The notes below the pieces were generated by a model. That model saw nothing but the letters and a program-made list of their open reading frames with translations, ran no database searches and was not told the DNA's origin. Below, one piece after another: positions 28,296-39,769 of a stretch of DNA of 64,000 nt (position 1 is the first letter of the stretch; the number at the start of each line of letters is the position of its first letter). The translations under genes and the position numbers were made by a program. The stretch spans positions 61,752,001 through 61,816,000 of the forward strand of contig NC_043008.1 in the NCBI RefSeq assembly GCF_006345805.1. The letters are read 5' to 3'. This stretch comes from Octopus sinensis (Eukaryota).

Positions 28296-28786
28296 CATAT
28301 ATACACACACACATATACACATACATACACATATACATATATAATTTATTCATTTTCTTTCTATTTCTTTAATTACCTGTATTTATTATGTTGCAGGATC
28401 CACTATCGTCATATGTTGTGGTGTGCGCTATTGCTCCATTCTAGTTTCTATTCAGGCTAGGTTTTTTTCAATAGATTTATTATTATTATTACTATATTTG
28501 TTATACATACATACAAGCATATGTAATGATAATAATAGGTGGATGTAAACACATGAACAAAATTAGAACAAAAGCAACAACAACAAAAACAAAATACAAA
28601 TTACAAATTACAAGAATGTATATAACCAGAAGATACAAATATTACAGGCATCCCCCCCCACACACACACTAAATAAACATAGACGCACATAGAGATATAA
28701 GCATGCGCAAATGAAGACATACAATAGAAATACAAAATGGCTGACGGTTAGTAAGGAGAGACACAAGTAAGTGAGAAGAAAACAAA

Positions 28787-28831
28787 GGACCACTGATGCG
28801 GTCACAGGAGTGTGACGAAAGAACTTTGGCC
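28787..28831 (+). ncRNA. Variant or degenerate minimal type I hammerhead-like motif
   Basis: ggacca CTGATGC g GTCACA ggag TGTGAC GAAA gaactt tggcc: perfect 6-bp stem II between core-like segments, but A9 is C, and stems I and III are imperfect. Confidence 0.4.
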
Positions 28832-29091
28832 GAAATAAGATTAAGATTAATGTAAAAAATAAATATCACTGAAGCAAAATAACACCAAATATATAGTGCG
28901 TGTGTTTATATTGGCTAAACTGGCAATATGACCATTCCGAAATATAACAATATGTATGTATGTATATATATATATATATATGTATGTATACATTTACGTA
29001 TATATGTATGTACATATATATTTATATTGACATAAACATACATATATATGTGTAGTATTTGTGTGCCTGTGTGTATGTATACATATTACAT

Positions 29092-29132
<41 letters not shown>

Positions 29133-29249
29133 AATCAGGAACGGCCATAATAGGCCATTCACCCACTAGAAATAACAGCCAAAGCTTCAACAACCGCAAT
29201 AAACATCAATCCGTAAACCAGGAGAAAATTAAAAAACATTTACCCTGTA

Positions 29250-29356
29250 ATTTCTTATACGATGCACCGTTTCATCTACTGTTTAATGGTAAACTAACCT
29301 GATTAAATTAAATCAAGCCAATCTTCCATAGGCCCTTAGATTCATCAGTAAGAAAT
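29250..29356 (-). ncRNA. Type I hammerhead ribozyme (inverted unit), intact
   Basis: Reverse complement reads ATTTCTTA CTGATGA ATCTA [58 nt] TAGAT GAAA CGGTGCATCG TA / TAAGAAAT; predicted cut between 29258 and 29257. Confidence 0.88.
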
Positions 29357-29989
29357 AGCCAAGTCGGAACAGATATTTTCACGAGGCATTTCCGACCCTG
29401 CCTCGGCAATATCTGACCTAAAATTTTCAAATCATCGCACTCGCGCCAAATTTATCGGCAGCAAATAAATATAAGCCGTCGATTCCATTACGGAATTAAC
29501 CAGAAAATTCATAATTAATCAATATAGGGCCTATGGAAGATTGGCTTGATTTAATTTAATCAGGTTAGTTTACCATTAAACAGTAGATGAAACGGTGCAT
29601 CGTATAAAAATTACAGGGTAAATGTTTTTTAATTTTTTCCTGGTTTACGGAATTGATGTTTATTTGCGGTTGAAGCTTTGGCTGTTATTTCTAGTGGGTG
29701 AATGGCCTATTATTGCCGTTCCTTGATGTGATGTTGAACTTAAATATGGTCTATGACTATTTAATTTTTTCCCACTAGGCCGCTGGTGGCAAAAAAATTC
29801 TACAAAATTTTCTGCCACCCTATATTGATTAATATGAATTTTCTGGTTAATTCCGTAATGGAATCGGCGGCTTATATTTATTTGCTGCAGATAAATTTGG
29901 CGCGAGTTCGATGATTTGAAAATTTTAGGTCAGATATTGCCGAGGCAGGGTCGGAAATGCCTCGTGAAAATATCTGTTCCGACTTGGCT

Positions 29990-30096
29990 ATTTCTTACTG
30001 ATGAATCTAAGGGCCTATGGAAGATTGGCTTGATTTAATTTAATCAGGTTAGTTTACCATTAAACAGTAGATGAAACGGTGCATCGTATAAGAAAT
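29990..30096 (+). ncRNA. Type I hammerhead ribozyme, intact
   Basis: Stem I ATTTCTTA 29990-29997 with TAAGAAAT 30089-30096; CTGATGA 29998-30004; stem II ATCTA 30005-30009 with TAGAT 30068-30072; GAAA 30073-30076; stem III ACGGTGCATCGT 30076-30087; GUA site, cut after 30088. Confidence 0.9.
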
Positions 30097-30476
30097 TACA
30101 GGGTAAATGTTTTTTAATTTTTTCCTGGTTTACGGAATTGATGTTTATTTGCGGTTGAAGCTTTGGCTGTTATTTCTAGTGGGTGAATGGCCTATTATGG
30201 CCGTTCCTTGATTGTGATGTTGAACTTAAATATGGTCTATGACTATTTAATTTTTTCCCACTAGGCCGCTGGTGGCAAAAAAATTCTACAAAATTTTCTG
30301 CCACCCTATATTGATTAATTATGAATTTTCTGGTTAATTCCGTAATGGAATCGGCGGCTTATATTTATTTGCTGCCGATAAATTTGGCGCGAGTGCGATG
30401 ATTTGAAAATTTTAGGTCAGATATTGCCGAGGCAGGGTCGGAAATGCCTCGTGAAAATATCTGTTCCGACTTGGCT

Positions 30477-30582
30477 ATTTCTTACTGATAAAATCTAAGG
30501 GCCTATGGAAGATTGGCTTGATTTAATTTAATCAGTTAGTTTTCCATTAAACAGTAGATGAAACGGTGCATCGTATAAGAAT
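30477..30582 (+). ncRNA. Type I hammerhead copy with a damaged core
   Basis: CTGATAAA replaces CTGATGA (G8 lost) and stem I 3' strand lacks one A; may be a mutation or a consensus error. Confidence 0.75.
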
Positions 30583-30956
30583 TACAGGGTAAATGTTTTT
30601 TTTATTTTCTCCTGGTTTACGGAATTGATGTTTATTTGCGGTTGAAGCTTTGGCTGTTATTTCTAGTGGTGAATGGCCTATTATGGCCGTTCCTTGATTT
30701 GATGTTGAACTTAAATATGGTCTATGACTATTTAATTTTTTCCCACTAGGCCTGGTGGCAAAAAAATTCTACAAAATTTTCTGGCACCCTATATTGATTA
30801 ATTATGAATTTTCTGGTTATTCCGTAATGGAATCGGCGGCTTATATTATTTGCTGCCGATAAATTGGCGCGAGTGCGATGATTTGAAAATTTTAGGTCAG
30901 ATATTGGCCGAGCAGGGTCGGAAATGCCTCGTGAAAATATCTGTTCCGACTTGGCT

Positions 30957-31059
30957 ATTTCTTACTGATGAATCTAAGGGCCTATGGAAGATTGGCTTGA
31001 TTTAATTTAATCAGGTTAGTTTACATTAAACAGTAGATGAAACGCATCGTATAAGAAAT
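30957..31059 (+). ncRNA. Type I hammerhead copy with a 3-nt deletion in stem III
   Basis: CTGATGA 30965-30971 intact; GAAA 31039-31042; ACGCATCGT; GUA 31049-31051; TAAGAAAT 31052-31059. Confidence 0.8.
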
Positions 31060-32109
31060 TACAGGGTAAATGTTTTTAAATTTTCTCTGGTTTACGGAAT
31101 TGATGTTTATTTGCGGTTGAAGCTTTGGCTGTTATTTCTAGTGGGTGAATGGCCTATTATGGCCGTTCCTTGATTGTGATGTTGAACTTAAATATGGTCT
31201 ATGACTATTTAATTTTTTCCCACTAGGCCGCTGGTGGCAAAAAAATTCTACAAAATTTTCTGCCACCCTATATTGATTAATTATATATATATATATATAT
31301 ACGCACATATATAGATAATAAAATGTTAGTCTAAAATTAATGTTCGTTTGAAAGCATAATATGGAAGTGTCATCCTGTGTCCTTACGGAAATCTAAAGTC
31401 ATTCAAACAAATTATTAACGATATGACATAATGCCAGTAGCTATATTGTTTTTCTTAGTGCAAATTTTTTTTTTTACATTAGTAATTCCCTGCCGTTATG
31501 GTAACCAGTTGGATGGGTGCAAACTTAATTCTGCCATAAATTGGTTTGATTCATATTAAAGTGATTGCGAGTTTAAATCCACTACACTGCCATATTTTCC
31601 ATTTGCACTTTACAAGATCTTTGTGATTATAAATTGGTAGACGTAATATAGACTTATGTTGAAGATTCTTGGAAACATGTTTCTTGTTAAATGATGGTGG
31701 ACTCCATCAAGCTCTATTTAACTCCTCCAACTGTTACTATTTTAAAACTTAGCCTACCGAATATACTTTTAAAGTAATTCAAACCCTGCCTGTATACCAC
31801 ATAATCGTAGACACTTTTCTATCTACTCATACTGTAATTTCTGATACTGTAACAGTAATTATAGGCACTTCCTTTCCTTATTTCACAGCATCATGTCAAA
31901 ATCGGTTATTGCTTTTATTCCATTGTTTGCCGCTAGCACCACGCTATCAATCAACACTACTTTTATATGTGTTGAGGTGAGGCTGCATTTCTTTTTTTTT
32001 GTGAGAGATGTTTCAGAGATATTGTGAGAGATGTTTCAGAGCAAAGTTTTTGGGAGAAGAGGTGGCTGATTAGACAACCAGGGAAGAAAATAAGAATTCA
32101 TATTGATTC

Positions 32110-32331
32110 TATTTTATTTGTTTCAGTCATTTGAGTGCGGCCGTGCTGGAGCACCGCCTTTAATCGAGCAAATCGACCCCAAGACTTATTCTTTGGAAGT
32201 CTTGTCTTTATTCTATCTTTTGCCGAACCGCTAGGTTACGAGGACGTAAACACTCCACCATCGGTTGTCAAGCGATGTTGGGGGCACAAACACAGACACA
32301 CAAATATACACACACACACATACATACAAAC

Positions 32332-32373
<42 letters not shown>

Positions 32374-32530
32374 CGGGCTTCTTTCAGTTTCCATCTACCA
32401 AATCAACGCACATGGAGTTGATCGGTCCGAAGCTTTAGTAGAAGGCACATGCCCAATGTGCCACGCAGTGGGACTGAACCCAGAACTATATGGTTGGTAA
32501 GCAAGCTACTTACCACACAGCCACTCCTGT
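32110..32530 (-). mobile_element. SINE family B
   Basis: Full-length reverse-complement match to 3083-3490. Confidence 0.88.
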
Positions 32531-33790
32531 TGATCTATATTGGGATGTACGATTTCGCCTCAAGAAAAATTGTAAAATTTGTACCATAGATTCACAACAA
32601 CTTGCTACTCTGTATAGTAAGATTTCCCAATACACAAACAGCGGTAGTGATTTCATTAAATATATTATTTCTTGTTTTATAGTAAGTATTATTAAATTTA
32701 GAAAATCTGCCTAGAAAACTACGTCTATTCAAGAATAGAACCTAAATATAGAATGCAAAATGTAACCTATTTGTGTTACTCTTTGATGAAACTTGTTACG
32801 ACATTCACCTTGACGTTTGGGCATGGAGAATCAGATATTTTATGAGCATTTTTCAGACAATTACTTCACTGGTCTCAGTATCCAGCTAAATTAATTGATA
32901 GGTATTCGTCCCATATTTCAGCTGAATTAGTGTTGATAGAAAACAATTTCCTGTAAAAAGAAACAAGAAAATCCCCTAAAAAAATAAACGCATGTTCCAA
33001 TTTGCAGAACTATTCAAACTAAGCTGACGATAAAAGAAATAAATAAAAACACCAAACGTAATGAAGCGTTGAGATATTTAAGTGTCCATCCACCGAAAGA
33101 AATTTTTGTTACGAAAACATCTCAAGAACATATAATTACTCATTAGTTACCATTCTGTTGTATAGCTCGCCAGCACGGCTTCCCGATTCCGTCATTTCTA
33201 TAAACATTTGTATAATTTGTGTTTGTCGCTATTCTATTTCGCTGAAAAATAAACTCATCGATATATAGAAATGAAGAAATATGTACCTGCAGTATTGATT
33301 TTTATTATCCAGTATCTATACAGCTAATGAAGTTCCAAGACGGATGAAAACAGTTTAAGCCTGGGGTGGTAATCCAAGTTACTTTTGTGCATTTAGCAAT
33401 CAAAAGTACAACGTCATATGGTAAAAACAAAGACAGTTATTGTAACAGAGATTTGCGTTAATATTCCAAGAGATATATACATGTGTGTGTACATATGTGC
33501 ATATGTGTGTATATCTGTCTCTCTATTTATTTTGTAAAAGTGTCGTGAGTATAGAATTTTGCCTTTTCGGAAAAAGAAAAAATGCCTACACCATTTCATA
33601 GGAAAGCAGTTGCACTAGAGTTTGACAATTTTTGATATCTTGACATCCGAAGTAGATGGACATAGGACAGTCTGTACAAAAGAACCGGCTGTTGCAAGCA
33701 AAAATATATATTGAAAGAAAAGCATTTGACCAACTTTGGACATACGGCATATATATATATATATATACGGCATGTATATATATATATATA

Positions 33791-34800
33791 CAGAGGTTGA
33801 ACAAAATAATGGAAGCACCGTAAAATTTCAAACAAGTTTATTTTAATTTGGTGTAGGACTGCCTTTGGCAGTAATTATAGCTTAACTTCTATGAGGTATA
33901 GACTCATACAAACTTTGAATTGTTTCCAAAGGAATTTTGTCCATTCTTCATCTAAAACAATCTTGAGTTTCTATACTAATGATGGTGGAGGATATCCACT
34001 CCTTGTTTTTCTAAAATGTACCATAAATGTTCAATAATATTGAGATCTCGGGAATGTCGTGGCCAGATAAGATGTTCAGCTTCACTAGAATGTTACTCGT
34101 ACCATTCAGTAACATCTTTAGCTGTGTGAATTTGTGCATTATCATCCTGAAAGATTGCGTTTCCCGCTGGAAATAGTTCCGCAACCATAAGAGGAATTTC
34201 ATCACATAAAATGCTTAAATAGTCTTGACTATAAATTCTGCCATGAAGGAAACCATTGGCCTGGCGGATTTCCAAGATATAGCCCCCACCCCCCGATTAT
34301 CAGAGGTCGTCTTCCATGTTTAACTGTTGGAAGAAAGCAGTCTGGGTGAAACGCTTCTTTTGGCTGTCTCCACACGTATACTCGTCCGAGAAAATAACAT
34401 TCTTCCACTGCTCTAGGGACCAATTCTGTAGGTTGTACTCCCCTCTAAACGCTTTGCAATGTTTTTTTTTTTAAACTAGTGGGTTTCTGATTGCAGCCCT
34501 GCCGTGAAATCCGGCTTTGTGCAGCTCCTGGCGGAGAGTTTTTGTGGAGACTGGGTTCTCGAGGTAGTCATTAAGCTCTGCAGTAATTTTGGGAGCTATA
34601 ATTTTGTGATCCTTTCTAACTTGTCGCGTAAGAGTCCGATGGTCCCTATATGAAAGTTTTGGTTTTCTTCCTGACTTTTGTTTCGACGAAGAGGTTTTCT
34701 CCCTCTTTCTCAAAGGTTGTCATTAATTTCGAGACAGTGTCGATAAATGTTTGAATGACCAAATCCCTGCGACAGATCGACGTCCTCAACACGGGTAATT
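33791..34800 (-). pseudogene. Decayed Tc1-family transposon with one terminal inverted repeat
   Basis: ORF 34471..34713 (SGRKPKLSYRDHRTLTRQVRKDHK..PVSTKTLRQELHKAGFHGRAA) is Tc1 HTH-like; LPTVKHG and NAIFQDDNAQIHTAK are DD34E-region fragments; TA|CAGAGGTTGAACAAAATAATGGAAGCACC end at 33791; matching end not found. Confidence 0.88.
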
Positions 34801-36409
34801 TATATCATTCGACAGAAATGCAAGTGCATGTGATTCTAATATATTGTAGTCGGAGAAATACGTGTGGCAAGTTGAAAATTATTTTCCTGCAGGGAGCGTG
34901 TAAACTGGTTGCATGTGACTCTTTTCGGGAGATTATTAATAATTATTCTCCCGAATTTAACAGTTTTAAAATTTGTGCTATAACGTTATTTATCTCTTGA
35001 AGATTAAAAGCAGATTCAAATGGGCAGAATTAAAATATTATTGGAGATTTTATAATTGAATATAGTTCTGATTGTCGGATGTATATTGCATATAGAATTG
35101 TTTTAATTCTCTTCTCTTCACAGTTAGGCTAAAATATGTTGGTTATATCTGAACTTAAATCCCGTTCATGGTAAAGCCAACGTTATCTTTGTCTACTGTC
35201 ACTGTTTCCAATGGTGACATTTCATCCCATACAGTATTTTGCATTCATTGATCTCGAATCATACCAGAAATGCATTTCCCAACATTAATGTGAATGCTTA
35301 ACTGCTTACATAGCATTCCTTTCCGATATTTGGCGTTGATGAACTCCTAATTCAGTTGACATTCGTATCGAGTTAATCTAGAGAAGATTAATGGATAATA
35401 GACTTAATGAAACAATCTGTAACATATACTGCCTTTCAGTAGGTATGTATAATGTTTATTGATATGTTTCTGAATTCAATTTAGTTCTAATTGTCAGTAT
35501 GATATCCACTATAACTACCGATAGGAAATCTAATTATTAGCAATATATAATTTACTACAGTACAGCAATATATATTTTGCTTTATTAATTCATCTTCATT
35601 TTGATTTAGAACAGATTCTGCAGACTTTCTGTTCCACATAATTCTTCTTACTCTTTTGCTAAGTATTATTTGTGAATGCAAGAAAATATTTATGTATAAA
35701 TTTACATTAAATTCATTATAAAAAGATAGATATATTAAAGCGTAGAGACATTTAATATGACAAAAATGGAATAAATCAATTAAGTAAAGTAAATATTTAT
35801 TACATAGAATTGGTATTTAATTATATCTGCACTGAAATTTAAAATAATAACCTAAAGAAGATAATAATAATATAAGAATCGGAAAACAATATTAAAATTA
35901 AAACTGAAAAGAACAATACATTATAATATCTAATTTAATATACATGCATGAAAACATCAAAACTAAAATTTAGAAGAACTATAAATTTTAATACCTCATA
36001 TGATGTAAACATTAAGAATGATGTGAGAGCATATTAGTTTTATAAACGTTTAAAAAGCAATTATAATTATCATATCGTATATTTCTTCGTTCAACTTCGA
36101 AAGAACCACACAAGGTATTTTCTCTGTTTTGTTATTTTTGTACGCGTGAGAGAGAAAAATTCATAAGCATTCATAAGTCTAATTTCCCCCGATTAATTCT
36201 TTTAAAAAAATGATGTTGCAAATATTTCTTCAAGTATGTCAGAACATTATCATTTCAATGATACATTATATTCCGTTTGTGTATAAATAATATAGGCAGC
36301 AATTAAAAGGATATACCAAATAGCAGCAAATTCGGCATTTAACTCTCGTTGAATGCTCATATTTCTACTGCTTTTTGCACATATATGCTATATATATGTA
36401 TATATATAT

Positions 36410-36467
<58 letters not shown>

Positions 36468-37315
36468 TATACATATATATATATACACATATATATATAT
36501 ATACATATATATATACACATATATATATACATATATATGTGTGTGTATATACATATATATATATATATGTGTGTGTGTGTGTACGTATGTATGTATGTTT
36601 GAATATGCATGTATATGCATGTGTGTATGTATATATGAATTCGTATTTAAACCAATAGTTTTATCTCAGCCTAACCTTTTGCCACACATCGATATTTCCA
36701 GCGAAATCAATTTAACTTTGGTATAAATTAATAGTGAGTAATCTTTTATATGTTCAATTGAAACAACTTAAATTATTACTGATAATGAAAAATATAGTAA
36801 TAACATTTGCAATTACTATGTTCACCTTTATTTAAATACAAATTGCGGCTTTGAAGACTTGAAAAGAATTCTCACATTAATAGTCTCTGAAAATAGGGTA
36901 TTTGGAAATTACGTAAAAATTCGTATCTAGCTAAGATTTCTGACGGAAATGACGAAGATTATTTGTAAATTCCACAACACGTTAATTTATATCATTTGAC
37001 AGAAAGCTTGCTACTATTTCTAGCATGATGGGGCTCATACATGAGGCTCTTCACTGATAGTTGTTGCTGTTCTTGCTGTTGTGTATGTTTATATATCTCA
37101 TTATGCTATTACGTGCGTGTACATGCAACATCTAATTCAATAAGACTATATTAAATTTAGTCCTTTTTTCGGGAACCCTTTTTCTTCTTTTTTGGTTGTC
37201 TGTTTCCATTCGCTTTATTTTCTTGCTCCGGATAAGGAAGAATAACGAATGACGTTTTATCTCACGCGAACTTATCATCTAACAGACTTTATTTTCATTG
37301 TAAACTACATATTTG

Positions 37316-37650
37316 TGAAGGCGCATGGATCAGTGGTAAGAGCATCAGGCTCACAATAACGAAGTAGTGAGTTAGATTCCTGGATAGAGCTGAATGTTCA
37401 GTTCTTCGGCAAATTCTCTATTTCACGTAGCTCCAGTTCCCTCAGCTGTAGAAATGCGTTGCGACGTCAATGGTACCAAGCTGTATCGGCCTTTGCATCT
37501 CCCTTGGATAACATCGGTGACGTGGAGAAAGCAAGCTGGTATGACTGCTGGTCTTCCATAAACAATCTGGGCCGGACTTGCTCCTCGGAGGGTTACTTTC
37601 TAGGTGTAATCGCATTGTCATTCATGACCGAAGAGGATCTTTAACCTTTT
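37316..37650 (+). mobile_element. Diverged tRNA-derived SINE
   Basis: gaaggcgcatggatcagtggtaagagc head, then tatttcacgtagctccagttccctcagctg as in 3833-4145. Confidence 0.7.
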
Positions 37651-37671
37651 CACATAACTTGTACTTTATTT

Positions 37672-38077
37672 CAATCTTTTGACTGTGGCCAGGTTAAAGA
37701 ACGGATTTGAAGAATTTTTAGTCGAATGAATCGACCCCAGAACTTGGTTCCGCTAAGCCTCGTACTTATTCTATCGGTCTCTCTTTTTCAGAATCGCTAT
37801 GTTACGGGATGTAAACACACCAACACCAGTTGTCAAGTGGCTGTGGGGAGACAGACACAGACACAAACACAAGCACACAGATGAACATACACGCGCACAT
37901 ATATATATATATACACCGTCGGCTTCTTTTAATTTCCATCTACCAGATCTACTCACTATGCTTTGATCGGCCTGAAGCTATAATAAAAATATTTACCCAA
38001 GATCCATGCAGTGGGACTGAATCCGGTACCATGTTGTTAGGAAATGAGATTTATTACCCCAAACCAATTCCTGCGCC
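37672..38077 (-). mobile_element. SINE family B (diverged)
   Basis: Reverse match including gtaaacacaccaacaccagttgtcaag and the internal microsatellite. Confidence 0.8.
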
Positions 38078-39291
38078 CTCGTTTCTTGATTAAAAGAAGT
38101 TATATTTGAATGGACGCACAGGGCATTTTACAGAAATTCTGGCCTACTTTAATATTCCGTGTTCAAATCCTGCAAAAATATATTTTGGTAGATGTCCTTA
38201 TAGTAATAGAAAATTTCGAGTCACTTATAGGGATGGAAAGAAATAAGCTACTGTGCTGTCAGCAAACAGATCATATTTATGCCAATATAATGTATGCGCA
38301 TTATTATCGTAGGCAAGTTTCACTAGGTAATCATCGCCCGTCTGTGAAATACATTAAGTGAGAAACTAAGTTCTTGGTTAAAGTTTTCCTAATTGTTTGT
38401 CTTGAAAGTGTTATTTTCTATGGAAGTGGTATGTTGATTAAGAAGATAATAATATTCAACTCACATTCCAATTTTCTCTGTGTTTCGTCGAAGAGGTTTA
38501 CTAAATTCCCCTATGTTTTGGGACATACTAACAGATAAAATGCACCATCTAAGTTATATGATACTGACATTTCACCAAGTACAGGTAGAGTAACTTGTTA
38601 CCTGACTAATCTTCTCCAATCCATAAAATTCTTCTAGAAATAATTAACGGCTTCATATGCATCGAAGTATATAATCCAAAAAGTGAATTAACTTCTGAAG
38701 GGATACAGTTTCTAAGTAATTTCACTGGTATCTGGGATAATTAGGGCAATCATCTTCTTCGTAGCAGTAACTGCTAGGTCATGAATTATTTACCTTGTTT
38801 AATTTATTCTAGCTTTAAACGTTATGAAATAGGAATCCTTATCGGAGCCCAGACATTGCATTCATAACGTAAAAGGTGCCATCATCAATTTTAGTCACAC
38901 CGATTTGTCAATTAGCTTGATCAACCCACAAATTACATGAGCTCTGCATGTGTTCCATAATAATCTGCCTTCTCAAGGAATGTTGGTCATTATTATTCTA
39001 GTCCTGTCAATATACGACATTATCACCTTTATTTTAATTACATCATATTGCATGTCTCGAAGAACGAGTTGTGAATTGACGAATGGTACAGGATAAAATT
39101 CTTCAACAATTACAAACTTTTCCTGTCTGAAGCAACATATTTATGTGGGCGCGCGTGCGTATGTGTATGTGTAAGTGTGTGTTGTGTACGTTTATATATA
39201 TATATACATATATATGTGTGTGTGTGTGTGTACGTATGCATATATATATACATTCACATGTATAAATACATATATATAAATATACATATAC

Positions 39292-39350
<59 letters not shown>

Positions 39351-39579
39351 TACATATGCATGCATACACAAAGACACATACATAACCATATATATGTGTG
39401 TATATTAATGTTTCGTTTATGCCAATCAATACTAATAACGTGGTGATAAAACTCAATACATAGATGCATTTCGTCTTTCCGACTACCTCTAGATTGGAGA
39501 TTTTCTTACTTTCTGTCTATCGCCAATTACAATTTACGTTTGGGTTCATACGGTCGTGCAGGTGTGGTTATAGTGGATA

Positions 39580-39735
39580 GGTGCAGGCGTGACTGTGTGG
39601 TAAGAAATTGCTTCCCAACCACATTGTTCTAGTTTCAGTCCCGATGCGTGGCACGTTGGGAAAATACTTTCCGTTATAGCCTTGGGCCGACCTTATTCTT
39701 GGGTGGATTTGGTAGACGGAAACTGAATGAAGCCT
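39580..39735 (+). mobile_element. SINE family B, 5' part
   Basis: gactgtgtggtaagaaattgcttcccaaccac..gtagacggaaactgaatgaagcc. Confidence 0.8.
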
Positions 39736-39769
39736 TTAGTATATATATATGTATATATATATCTATATA

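Larger units (their letters stand above)
27763..28953. repeat. Long inverted repeat: arms 27763-28260 and 28462-28953, ~200-bp spacer
   Basis: ORFs 27847..28047(+) and 28669..28869(-) are identical; arms are reverse complements with few differences; arm end resembles 24220-24285 upstream of the Penelope-like relic. Confidence 0.95.
29130..31284 (+). mobile_element. Hammerhead-containing ~485-bp tandem array (non-LTR retrozyme-like) with a 5' inverted partial unit
   Basis: Unit landmark gggcctatgg at 29527, 30011, 30499, 30978 (periods 484, 488, 479); 29130-29529 is the reverse complement of part of the unit; (TA)n on both flanks; no ORF of 60 aa or more inside; a hammerhead fold in each complete unit. 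Confidence 0.9.

Noticed and set aside
29931-29984. HDV-like or twister ribozyme reading of the pseudoknot element
   Set aside because: I could not fit the nested P1/P2/P3/P4 topology or the conserved nucleotides on either strand.
29130-31284. CRISPR-like array
   Set aside because: Whole ~485-bp units repeat with no unique spacers, there are no cas genes, and the context is eukaryotic.
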